Assembly (NCBI GenBank): GCA_000091165.1
Contig: FP565575.1
Span: 2,640,001 to 2,672,000 of the forward strand
Length of the DNA: 32,000 nt
Direction: 5' to 3'
DNA from: Candidatus Methylomirabilis oxygeniifera
GTDB taxonomy: Bacteria; Methylomirabilota; Methylomirabilia; Methylomirabilales; Methylomirabilaceae
The position numbers were made by a program, and so were the translations under genes. Below, piece by piece: positions 18,320 through 27,048 of the stretch; position 1 is the first letter of the stretch, and every line of letters starts with the position of its first letter. Below the pieces are notes generated by a model, which made no database searches, was not told the origin of the DNA, and saw only the letters and a program-made list of their open reading frames with translations.

Positions 18320-20146
18320 ATGATAACAGAACCAACGCCGACTGAGAATACCCTGCCGCTTCGAGTCACCGGCTTCTCCACGCTGGCCGAAGCGCTGGAT
18401 TATGCAGCCGGGGGGGGGACCGGATTCAATTTTTATGGGGACCGCGGTGAGCTGTACGCCGTCCTGCCGTATGCCGATCTTCGAGAGCAGGCGCGATTAC
18501 TGGCGCGTCGCCTTATGGGGCTGCGCCTCGAACGGGGCGCGCACGTGGCCATCGTCGCGGATACCGGTCCGGATTTTCAGCGCTTCTTCTTCGCGTGTCA
18601 GTATGCCGGCCTGGTGCCTGTTCCTCTGTCGGCATCGCTCCTCATAAGCGGTCGCAAGCGATACGTCACCCAACTTCGGGCGCTTCTGGCAAACTGTCGT
18701 CCGTCCATCGCGATGGCTCCACCTGAATTTTTCCCATTCCTCAGCGAGGCCGCCGATGGCCTCGAGCTGGTCCACGTCGGTACGGCAGACGCGTTTGACA
18801 GCCTGCCCGAATCCTCAGAGGAGTTGGAGCCGTTACGTTCCGAGGAGATGGCCTATCTTCAATATACCTCAGGGAGCACACGGTTTCCCCGCGGGGTCAT
18901 GATTACCCAGAGCGCGGTCCTTGCCAATCTGGAGGGGATCCTTCAACAGGGTCTTCAGATTCGCTCGGGAGATCGCGCGGTATCCTGGCTGCCTTTTTAT
19001 CACGATATGGGGCTTGTGGGATTTGTGCTCGCGCCGATGGTGGGCCAGGTATCCGTCGATTATCTGAAAACGCAATCGTTTGCCATGCGACCCCGGTTGT
19101 GGCTGGCCCTGATGACACAGGCGAAGGCCACGATCTCTTTCAGCCCTTCCTTTGGATATGAGATGTGCGTGAGGCGCCTCAGGCATGATGAGGCCGGCAG
19201 ATTTGACCTTAGCGCATGGCGCGCTGCAGGGGTAGGCGCTGAAACCATTCGGCCCGGCGTCTTAAAGGATTTTGCAGATGTGCTGGCGCCGAGCGGATTC
19301 AAGCCCAGCGCATTTCTGGCCTGCTATGGCATGGCGGAGGCCTCCCTTGCTGTGACGTTTGCGCCGATAGATACTGGTGTTGCCGTTGATCGGGTAGACC
19401 GAACCCTGTTGGCCAAGTATGGAGTGGCCTCCCCCCTGCACGAGTGTGAGATCGGGTCGGACTCGGATAAAACGAGCATAAGCCAATTTGTCAACTGCGG
19501 CGTTCCACTGTCCGGAATTGACGTTGAGATACGAGACGAACAGGGCCATGTTCTGCCTGACCGTCACGCAGGCATCATTTTCGTACGAGGCGCCAACATG
19601 ACCTCCGGTTACTTCGGCGATCCCGAGAAAACTCGAAAGGTCTTGTCTTCGGACGGATGGCTCGATACGGGAGACCTCGGATATCTTGTAGACGGCAGTC
19701 TCGTCATCATCGGCCGAAAGAAAGATGTCATTATCGTGCATGGACGGAATATCTGGCCTCAGGATCTGGAGCATCTTGCCGAGGAGTTACCGGAGGTCAG
19801 GCCTGGCGACGCATGCGCATTCTCGGTGGAGACCCCGGACCGGACCGAGATGGCGGTGATGGTCGTTCACTGCCGTGAGCTGGATACCGTCAAGCAGGCC
19901 GATTTTATCCGCCGGCTGCAAGGGCTTATCCGTGAGTATTTTGCGCTCGACTGTTTTGTTGAGCTTGTTCCTCCTCGTACCCTGCCGCGCACGTCCTCCG
20001 GGAAGCTCTCCCGTTCGAAGACCCGGGAAGAGTTCTTGGGTCGCAATGACGCGGCCCGACTCTTTCACGGCCGAAACGGATCCGGTCACATCAGTCTTCC
20101 GCAGCCCGGTCGGCAAGCGGACTCATGCGCGGCGTCATCGCGCTGA
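18320..20146 (+). CDS. Fatty-acyl-AMP ligase / acyl-ACP synthetase-like adenylate-forming enzyme
   Basis: YLQYTSGSTRFPRGVMITQSAVLANL, SWLPFYHDMGLVGF, ACYGMAEASLAVTF, GWLDTGDLGYLVDGSLVIIGRKKDVIIVHGRNIWPQDLE, PRTSSGKLSRSKTRE: FAAL-type motifs; codes directly upstream of an ACP module. Confidence 0.92.
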   Translation: MITEPTPTENTLPLRVTGFSTLAEALDYAAGGGTGFNFYGDRGELYAVLPYADLREQARLLARRLMGLRLERGAHVAIVADTGPDFQRFFFACQYAGLVPVPLSASLLISGRKRYVTQLRALLANCRPSIAMAPPEFFPFLSEAADGLELVHVGTADAFDSLPESSEELEPLRSEEMAYLQYTSGSTRFPRGVMITQSAVLANLEGILQQGLQIRSGDRAVSWLPFYHDMGLVGFVLAPMVGQVSVDYLKTQSFAMRPRLWLALMTQAKATISFSPSFGYEMCVRRLRHDEAGRFDLSAWRAAGVGAETIRPGVLKDFADVLAPSGFKPSAFLACYGMAEASLAVTFAPIDTGVAVDRVDRTLLAKYGVASPLHECEIGSDSDKTSISQFVNCGVPLSGIDVEIRDEQGHVLPDRHAGIIFVRGANMTSGYFGDPEKTRKVLSSDGWLDTGDLGYLVDGSLVIIGRKKDVIIVHGRNIWPQDLEHLAEELPEVRPGDACAFSVETPDRTEMAVMVVHCRELDTVKQADFIRRLQGLIREYFALDCFVELVPPRTLPRTSSGKLSRSKTREEFLGRNDAARLFHGRNGSGHISLPQPGRQADSCAASSR

Positions 20147-21078
20147 CGGGAGCGACCGGATTTATTGGAAGCGCCCTGGCTCGAAGGCTGACAAAGGAAG
20201 GATGGCAGGTACGCGCGCTACACCGTTCACCAACCCCGCCGGCATACCTGACGGGCATCTCGCTGGAGTGGGTACGGGGGACGCTCGATGATCGCGATAG
20301 CCTTGAAGGCCTGGTGGGCGACGCGGATGTTGTGATCCATTGCGCCGGGGCCCTGCGCGGTATTACCGAGACAGACTTTTACCCGGTCAATGTTGAGGCA
20401 GTCTCACGGCTGGCCTCTATCGCTGCGAGCCGCAGTCCTGCCCCCCGATTTCTCCTGATCTCATCCCTGGCAGCTCGAGAGCCCGGATTATCACCCTACG
20501 CGGCCAGCAAGCGGATGGGGGAGATCGCCCTGTCGAAAGCGGGTGACCGGCTGCTGTGGACCGCGCTTCGCCCTCCAGCGGTCTATGGTCCAGGTGACCG
20601 CGCATTGCTTCCCTTGCTTCGCCTGATGTGGCATGGGATTGCCCCCATACCTGGGCGCCAAGACGCCAGATTCTCCTTACTCTACGTGGAAGATCTGGCG
20701 GAAGCCGCGGTGAAATGGCTCGCCGGCGACGTCCCGGAGAGATGTGCATTTGAGTTGGATGATGGACATCCTCAGGGATATACGTGGCGCGAGGTGACGG
20801 AGACCTTCGAACGGCTCAGGGGAAGATGGGTGGTTCGTATTCACGTTCCCGAACTGATGTTGAAACTGACTGCCGGGCTTAACAAGATGGCGGCTTCCGT
20901 GATAGGATATTCCCCGATGTTGACCCCCGGCAAAGTACGGGAGTTCAGGCACCCGAACTGGATCTGCGATAACGCTCCGTTTCGCCGGGTCGTCGACTGG
21001 ACGCCGACGGTGGAGCTGGAAGAGGGGCTGCGGCTGACGCTTGGCCTCCAGGGTGGTAAACTGACAACTAGAAACTGA
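20125..21078 (+). CDS. NAD-dependent epimerase/dehydratase family (SDR); candidate CerR-type ceramide reductase
   Basis: ALTGATGFIGSALARRLTKEGWQVRALHR (Rossmann), YAASKRMGE (YxxxK), RPPAVYGPGDRALLPLLR. Overlaps the acyl-AMP ligase gene by 22 bp. Confidence 0.88.
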   Translation: MRGVIALTGATGFIGSALARRLTKEGWQVRALHRSPTPPAYLTGISLEWVRGTLDDRDSLEGLVGDADVVIHCAGALRGITETDFYPVNVEAVSRLASIAASRSPAPRFLLISSLAAREPGLSPYAASKRMGEIALSKAGDRLLWTALRPPAVYGPGDRALLPLLRLMWHGIAPIPGRQDARFSLLYVEDLAEAAVKWLAGDVPERCAFELDDGHPQGYTWREVTETFERLRGRWVVRIHVPELMLKLTAGLNKMAASVIGYSPMLTPGKVREFRHPNWICDNAPFRRVVDWTPTVELEEGLRLTLGLQGGKLTTRN

Positions 21079-21111
21079 AAACTCAACACTTCATAGCTTC
21101 ATAGTGAACAG

Positions 21112-21360
21112 ATGACCCACTACGAAACGATACTTCCACAGCTCTATGAGATCTTGAAGCCGTTCACGCAGGAAGGCCAGGCTCTATCCGATGAGACGGA
21201 GCTCGTAGCCGATCTCGACCTCGATTCGATGAAGGTCATGGAGATCCTGCTTGAGGTGGAGGAGCGGTTCGACATCTCAATCCCCTTAAATGTCATCCCG
21301 GACGTCCGAACCATTAGAGATTTTGCCCGCCAGATCGAGCAATTGACGGAGCGGAGGTGA
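21112..21360 (+). CDS. Acyl carrier protein
   Basis: 82 aa; ELVADLDLDSMKVMEILLEVEERFDISIP with the DS(M) phosphopantetheine attachment serine. Confidence 0.93.
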   Translation: MTHYETILPQLYEILKPFTQEGQALSDETELVADLDLDSMKVMEILLEVEERFDISIPLNVIPDVRTIRDFARQIEQLTERR

Positions 21361-22547
21361 CAGTGCTTCTGGAGAAGTTCCGACCACTCGCCGACGCCCG
21401 TGAGGCGTTGACACAATTAAGCCAAGATCCCTTTCGGGTGACGATTGAACGAATTCTGTCGCCGACGGAGGCCCTCGTCAATAGTCGTCCAATGATTCTG
21501 GCCGGAACGAACAACTACCTCGGTTTGACGTTCGATCCTGAGTGCATAGAAGCAGCAGTGCAAGCGGTGCGGGAACAAGGAACAGGTACGACAGGATCCA
21601 GAATGGCAAACGGCAGCTTCAGCGGACATCTTGCATTGGAGAAAGAGTTGGCAGAATTTTTTGGGCGCCGGTGGTGTGACGTATTCTCAACCGGCTATCT
21701 GGCCAACTTGGGCGTGATAGCGGCGCTCACCGGGCCTGGCGACGTGATCCTGATCGATGCCGATTGCCATGCGAGTATTTACGATGGATGCCGGATGAGC
21801 GGGGCGGAGATTATTCGATTTCGTCACAACGACGTTGCCGACCTCTATAAGCGCCTCGCGCGTTTGAAGGAGCGAAGCACGAACACGCTGATCATTGTGG
21901 AGGGTCTCTACAGCATGCTCGGCGATCGGGCGGCGCTGGCGGAGATTGCGGCCGCAAAACGCGAGTTCGGCGCGTATCTGCTGGTCGACGAGGCCCATTC
22001 GCTTGGCGTTTTGGGGGAGCGGGGCCGTGGGCTGGCCGAGGAGGCCGGCGTCGAAGACAGCATCGACTTTATCGTCGGAACGTTCAGTAAGAGCCTGGGC
22101 GCGACCGGCGGGTTCTGCGTCTCGGATCATCCTGAGATTGACCTGGTCAGATATGTCAGCCGTCCGTACATCTTCACCGCGTCGCCTTGTCCATCAGTTA
22201 TCGCCTCCACAAGAGTCGCCTTGCACAAGCTTCGGACTCATCCGGAGCTGCGCGTGCGACTCTGGAACAATGCGCGGCAGTTGTATGACTCGTTGAAAGG
22301 ATTGGGATTCAGGCTGGGCCCGGACCCCAGTCCGATTATTGCGGCCCGATTCAGCCAGAAAGACGAGACGATCGCTTTCTGGAACGGTCTCCTCGATCAA
22401 GGCATCTACGTCAACATGATATTGCCGCCGGCCGCTCCCGACGGTGGAAGCCTGCTCCGATGTAGCGTGAGCGCGGCGCATACACCGGATCAGATGGACC
22501 GCATTTGCCAAGCCTTTGCGTCCGTCAAGGCGGCTCTCCCCTCTTAA
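21357..22547 (+). CDS. spt: Aminotransferase class I/II, alpha-oxoamine synthase family; candidate serine palmitoyltransferase
   Basis: NNYLGLTFDPECIEAAVQAVREQGTGTTGSRMANGSFSGHLALEKELAEFFGRR, LLVDEAHSLGVLGERGRGL, VGTFSKSLGATGGF (PLP Lys). GTG/near start overlaps ACP stop by 4 bp. Confidence 0.88.
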   Translation: MTVLLEKFRPLADAREALTQLSQDPFRVTIERILSPTEALVNSRPMILAGTNNYLGLTFDPECIEAAVQAVREQGTGTTGSRMANGSFSGHLALEKELAEFFGRRWCDVFSTGYLANLGVIAALTGPGDVILIDADCHASIYDGCRMSGAEIIRFRHNDVADLYKRLARLKERSTNTLIIVEGLYSMLGDRAALAEIAAAKREFGAYLLVDEAHSLGVLGERGRGLAEEAGVEDSIDFIVGTFSKSLGATGGFCVSDHPEIDLVRYVSRPYIFTASPCPSVIASTRVALHKLRTHPELRVRLWNNARQLYDSLKGLGFRLGPDPSPIIAARFSQKDETIAFWNGLLDQGIYVNMILPPAAPDGGSLLRCSVSAAHTPDQMDRICQAFASVKAALPS

Positions 22548-22641
22548 TCTCGCCAATTGATGCGATTGTCGATGTTCTCGTCGGCGTGTTACGATGAAAT
22601 AAAATTCATAGCCCGCCGCGGGTGTTTCGGGGCTGATTGAC

Positions 22642-23583
22642 ATGTACTGGTGGACACCTCTGCGCACACGCTCCGCGTTCAAGCGGTTGGTCCGCGAGCT
22701 GGATCCGGACATCGCCCTCACCCTTGTCGACGTTGGCTCGGCCGGTGGACTGAAGGATCGGTGGCGGCTTCTGGAAGGGCGGTTGCACAGCTATTGCTTC
22801 GATCCGCGCGAGGATGCTTTGCCCAGAGAGGAGTCTGATAGGACTGTGCTGCCATTCGCGGTGGGTCGCACGCAGGGTACCGCGGATTTCTACCGTACCC
22901 ACTTCGGAAACATGAGCTCCATGCTTCGACCCAATGCGGATACCCTGTACAGATTTTACAATCGCGAGTTTAAGTTCGAGGTAGTATCCGTCGAGAAACT
23001 GATGATTCAGCCTCTCGATAACGTTATTCCAGGGTCCGAGATCGATGCCCTGAAAATAGATGCGCAAGGCGGCGAACTGGAGATTCTTCTTGGAGCGCAG
23101 AGGCTGCTGGACTCCGGTCTGTTGCTGGCTGAAGTTGAGGTGTCCTTCATCGAGCGCTATATGGCCCAGCCGCTGTTCGGAGATGTTGCGGCCTTCATGC
23201 GCTCACACGGCTTCGACCTTCTCGATCTCTATCGGTTGCGGCACTACTACCGCACCAACCGCCGCGGCCTGCGAAAGCATCAGATGATTCCCGATTCGCA
23301 GTCCGGCCAACTCTCGCATGCCGACGCCATCTTCTTTCTGAGCGACGAGGCATTTCTGTCATGGCTCGATCGACTGGCTGTCGTCGGCAAGTCGAGTTTT
23401 TTGGTGAAGGCGATTCTTCTGCTGTTGATCTACGGGAAGTTCGATCGGGCGCTGCAGCTTTTTGAGGAGCACCAGACCTTGTTGTCTGAATCGTCGCGGA
23501 GGTCGCTTGCGCTTTTTTTCGACCAGCTTCCGCTGTCCGATCGCCGCTCCGCCACATCGCGAAACAAGGGGTTTCACGGGTAA
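22642..23583 (+). CDS. FkbM-like methyltransferase family protein
   Basis: LVDVGSAGGLKDRW, YCFDPREDA, FAVGRTQGTADFY, DALKIDAQGGELEILLGAQRLLDSGLLLAEVEVSFIERY: FkbM-type organisation. Confidence 0.8.
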   Translation: MYWWTPLRTRSAFKRLVRELDPDIALTLVDVGSAGGLKDRWRLLEGRLHSYCFDPREDALPREESDRTVLPFAVGRTQGTADFYRTHFGNMSSMLRPNADTLYRFYNREFKFEVVSVEKLMIQPLDNVIPGSEIDALKIDAQGGELEILLGAQRLLDSGLLLAEVEVSFIERYMAQPLFGDVAAFMRSHGFDLLDLYRLRHYYRTNRRGLRKHQMIPDSQSGQLSHADAIFFLSDEAFLSWLDRLAVVGKSSFLVKAILLLLIYGKFDRALQLFEEHQTLLSESSRRSLALFFDQLPLSDRRSATSRNKGFHG

Positions 23584-23873
23584 GTGACAGATGCAGAAAG
23601 CGCAGCGTGGTCGAGAAACCGGCCAGCCCAGGCCGTAAGTTATTATTCTTTGATGAGCACAAGCTCGCAACTCTGCTCGCGAATGCCGGCGCTGGAGCAT
23701 AATCATTCCCGCAGTGTAGGCTCCCATCGCGTAAAATCGGCCTAGGTTCGGAAGAGCTACCCGCAGTGACGATACCACGGAGGCAGCATAGCAGCATCGT
23801 AACAATGTTGCAGCAACGTTGGCCCCGGAGGCCTTGCGTTTAGCCGCGTCAGTTCAGACAGGTGTGTGTTGCT

Positions 23874-25628
23874 ATGCGGTTTTTGATCACCATTATTCGG
23901 AAGTATCCCCGCCGAAGCGCGCTGACGATGGTCTGCCTGCTGTTTGCGAGCGTTGCAGAGGGGGTCGGGCTCCTCATGCTGCTGCCCGTGCTCAGCGTGG
24001 CGACCGACAATCAGACCCGGGACACCGGTTCTCACCTGTTCGGAACGGAGCAGTTTCTGATGCAGGCGTTATCAGTCGTGGGGCTGACGCCGACGGTCGG
24101 CACGTTGCTGATTCTTATCGTCCTCTGTGTGGCGGTTAAATCGGCCTTCACCCTGTTGGCGAAAATTCAGGTCGGATACACTGTGACGCACGTCGCCACC
24201 GGTTTGCGGCTTTCTCTGCTGCAAACCCTGCTGGCTACACGGTGGGAGTATTACGTACGGCAACCGGTCGGGAGCTTAGCCAACGCGGTAGGCACTGAGG
24301 CGATGCGGGCGGCACTGGCGTATCTTGAAGGCGCCAAAGGCATCACCTTATTCGTTGAAGCCATCGTCTATGCAGGTGTGGCCTTCGTTGTTGCAGGGAA
24401 GGCGACCTTGACGTTTCTGATTCCAGGAGTATTGATCCTCTACGGTCTCAGCTATCTCGTTCGTATGGCGCATCAGGCGGGAACCCGCCAGACCAGATTA
24501 TTGAAATCCCTTGTGGCCGGCTTGACGGATAGCCTCCAATCCATTAAACCACTCAAGGCAATGGCGCGGGAAGAGCTGATCGGTCCATCGCTTCAGTCCA
24601 GCACCAGGCGCTTGAACCGGGCGGTCCGGCGAGACGTGCTGAGTACGGAGGCCCTGAGTTCCTCTCAGGATCTCGGGCTGGCGATCGTCATTGCTGTCGG
24701 GTTATACCTGGCTTTGAGTCGGTGGAATATGCCCCTGAATGCCGTCATGGTGATGGTCCTTCTTCTTGCTCGAATGCTGACCTGTCTTGCCAAGACGCAA
24801 CGGCAATACCAAAAAATGCGAACCCTTGAAAGCGCCTTCTGGTCATTGCGGGCTGCGATCGACGGCGCGAACCGTGATCGCGAAACGGAACCCGGAGGCG
24901 CGTCTCCCAGCCTCGAAAGGTCTCTTCGCCTGGACAAGGTCAGCTTCGGATATGACAAGCAATGGGTGCTTCGGGATGCGTCGCTGACCATTCCTGCGGG
25001 ATCATTCACTGTCATCATAGGGCCTTCAGGGGCCGGCAAGACGACGGTTGCCGATCTGTTGACGGGCCTGTTGCGCCCGCAGCAAGGCTGCGTCTGGATC
25101 GACGATCTGCCGTTAGACCGGATTGATTTGAGGCAGTGGCGGCGGATGATCGGGTACGTGCCGCAAGAGCCTTTCCTCCTTCACGACACCGTGCTGCAGA
25201 ACGTGACGCTTGGCGATCCCGGTCTGAACGAGGCCGATGCCGAGGCGGCACTGCGTGCCGCCGGCGCCTGGGACTTTGTGACGGCACAACCGTCCGGGAT
25301 CCACAGCTCGGTCGGAGAACGCGGCACCGCACTTTCCGGAGGCCAGCGGCAACGCATTGCGATCGCCAGGGCGTTGGTGCATCGGCCGAAGCTGCTGATC
25401 CTGGATGAGGTGACCAGCGCGCTTGATCAGGAGAATACGGCGACGATTTGCCGAACGCTGCGCGGTCTTCGTGGTCGACTGACCATCGTGGCGATCTCAC
25501 ACGAGTCTGCCGTGGTAGAGAGCGGCGACAGGGTCTATCGGATACACAAGGGCGAAGCGTCTTTAGTCACCAACGGCTGCGATTCGGATGTGGTCTTCGG
25601 TGGATCGGTGAAACAATCTCAAAGGTAG
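23874..25628 (+). CDS. ABC transporter, fused permease/ATPase (MsbA-like lipid exporter candidate)
   Basis: Track ORF 23862..25628, likely start at internal Met (MRFLITIIRKYP). TMD fused to NBD: Walker A GPSGAGKTT, QEPFLLHDTVLQNVTLG, LSGGQRQRIAIARALVHRPKLLILDEVTSALD. Confidence 0.92.
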   Translation: MRFLITIIRKYPRRSALTMVCLLFASVAEGVGLLMLLPVLSVATDNQTRDTGSHLFGTEQFLMQALSVVGLTPTVGTLLILIVLCVAVKSAFTLLAKIQVGYTVTHVATGLRLSLLQTLLATRWEYYVRQPVGSLANAVGTEAMRAALAYLEGAKGITLFVEAIVYAGVAFVVAGKATLTFLIPGVLILYGLSYLVRMAHQAGTRQTRLLKSLVAGLTDSLQSIKPLKAMAREELIGPSLQSSTRRLNRAVRRDVLSTEALSSSQDLGLAIVIAVGLYLALSRWNMPLNAVMVMVLLLARMLTCLAKTQRQYQKMRTLESAFWSLRAAIDGANRDRETEPGGASPSLERSLRLDKVSFGYDKQWVLRDASLTIPAGSFTVIIGPSGAGKTTVADLLTGLLRPQQGCVWIDDLPLDRIDLRQWRRMIGYVPQEPFLLHDTVLQNVTLGDPGLNEADAEAALRAAGAWDFVTAQPSGIHSSVGERGTALSGGQRQRIAIARALVHRPKLLILDEVTSALDQENTATICRTLRGLRGRLTIVAISHESAVVESGDRVYRIHKGEASLVTNGCDSDVVFGGSVKQSQR

Positions 25629-25794
25629 AGAGTCGGAATGGCTGCGCAGTAGTCCCTCCTCGCGGAAGGGATGCGGATGACCTTGACTAAACCGACGCGA
25701 GCATATAGTATAAGTTGCTGTTTTTAACCTCGCCTTCCGAACGCGTGACCCGGTATCGGGATAACGGCGGGGCGGCGTCCCGCATTCCCAGAAA

Positions 25795-27018
25795 GTGTAT
25801 TCGTTTCACGTCATGACCGTATACGCCCACATACTCGGAGAGGCTCCAGCCACGCTATGGGGGCTTTCATCCAGAGAGCGCTACCGTCGTGTACTGGCGC
25901 CGGTCGGTGTCACCGCGATTGCGGATGATCTCTCCTCGTTGCGTCCGGACGATTCGGTGTTGATTGTTCGAGGGGATTATCTCTTGGACAGCCGCGTCCT
26001 CCAGGGCTTGACTGAGTCCTTACACGTCATGATTGAGGCGCCGGCCGGGCCATCGCGTGCGCTTATCGTAGCTCACGTGCCGGCCAATCTGGCAATGGAG
26101 GCGAGGGCGGTTCTCTCCCTGGAAAAGGGTGCGGCACTCCCGCCATCCGTTCGTATCGAAAAGCTTGAAGACCAACTGGTCTCATTCGATAGGCGGTTGC
26201 GCAAAGCGGAGCCACCCTTTGCGGAACCGATCAGGGCCGATACGAAACGGGCGTTGGAGGAGCGCCTATTTTCCAGTTCGTATAAAGGCGTGACCGATCT
26301 CGTCACGAAGTGGCTGTGGCCTTCGCCTGCCAAATGGGCCGTACATCTGTGCGTAGCCGCCGGGCTGAGACCCAACCATGTGACCGCGGTCAGTGTGCTG
26401 TTAGTCATAGCGGCTGCGATCCTTTTTGCGAAAGGTCTCTACGGGTGGGGTCTTGCCGCCGGATGGTTCATGACCTTTCTTGATACGGTGGATGGCAAGC
26501 TTGCTCGGGTGACGGTCACCAGCACCAGATTTGGGCACCTGCTTGACCACGTGTTGGATCTGGTACATCCGCCCTTCTGGTACCTGCTGTGGGGATTCGG
26601 ACTGGAGTCATTCGCCCCTGGCATTCCGTGGCTGACCCTGCGTGTGGTGATATGGGCGATTTTCATTGGATACATTGGCGGACGTCTTGTCGAGGGGATA
26701 TTCAGAAAGTGGCTTGCCGGTTTTGTCATCTTCTGCTGGCGTCCTTTTGACTCGTACTTCCGATTGGTAACGGCCAGGCGCAACCCGAATATGATTCTGC
26801 TCACCGCAAGCCTCATCTTCAGCAGGCCGGACCTGGGATTAGTGGCGGTTGCCGAGTGGACAGTGCTGTCGACGCTTGTGCTCCTGCTCCGCCTCGGCAT
26901 TGCCTTCTATGCGCGCACGCATGGACCGTTGCGATCCTGGCTGGCCGACGATACCGGGCGTGCCGGCAACGGCTCGCTCGCCGTACGGCTGTTTGTCCAT
27001 CAAGTTCCCACTCCGTAA
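25795..27018 (+). CDS. CDP-alcohol phosphatidyltransferase with extra N-terminal domain
   Basis: D-x2-DG-x2-AR-x8-G-x3-D-x3-D motif: DTVDGKLARVTVTSTRFGHLLDHVLD in a multi-TM C-terminal half; ~140-aa N-terminal domain (VLIVRGDYLLDSRVLQGL) looks like a diverged nucleotidyltransferase-type domain. Confidence 0.87.
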   Translation: MYSFHVMTVYAHILGEAPATLWGLSSRERYRRVLAPVGVTAIADDLSSLRPDDSVLIVRGDYLLDSRVLQGLTESLHVMIEAPAGPSRALIVAHVPANLAMEARAVLSLEKGAALPPSVRIEKLEDQLVSFDRRLRKAEPPFAEPIRADTKRALEERLFSSSYKGVTDLVTKWLWPSPAKWAVHLCVAAGLRPNHVTAVSVLLVIAAAILFAKGLYGWGLAAGWFMTFLDTVDGKLARVTVTSTRFGHLLDHVLDLVHPPFWYLLWGFGLESFAPGIPWLTLRVVIWAIFIGYIGGRLVEGIFRKWLAGFVIFCWRPFDSYFRLVTARRNPNMILLTASLIFSRPDLGLVAVAEWTVLSTLVLLLRLGIAFYARTHGPLRSWLADDTGRAGNGSLAVRLFVHQVPTP

Positions 27019-27048
27019 GTCGGGAGTGGCAGAGGACGATTTCACGCT

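Noticed and set aside
23741-23770. Semi-palindromic AACAATGTTGCAGCAACGTT in the gap before the ABC transporter, similar to AATGTTGCAACAATG at ~31006
   Set aside because: Only two short, imperfect occurrences, the second overlapping a start codon; probably coincidental without a genome-wide motif search.
23195-25500. Minus-strand ORFs 23195..23797, 24665..25039 and 25015..25500
   Set aside because: Antisense to the FkbM-like and ABC transporter genes or across an intergenic gap; no domain signature.
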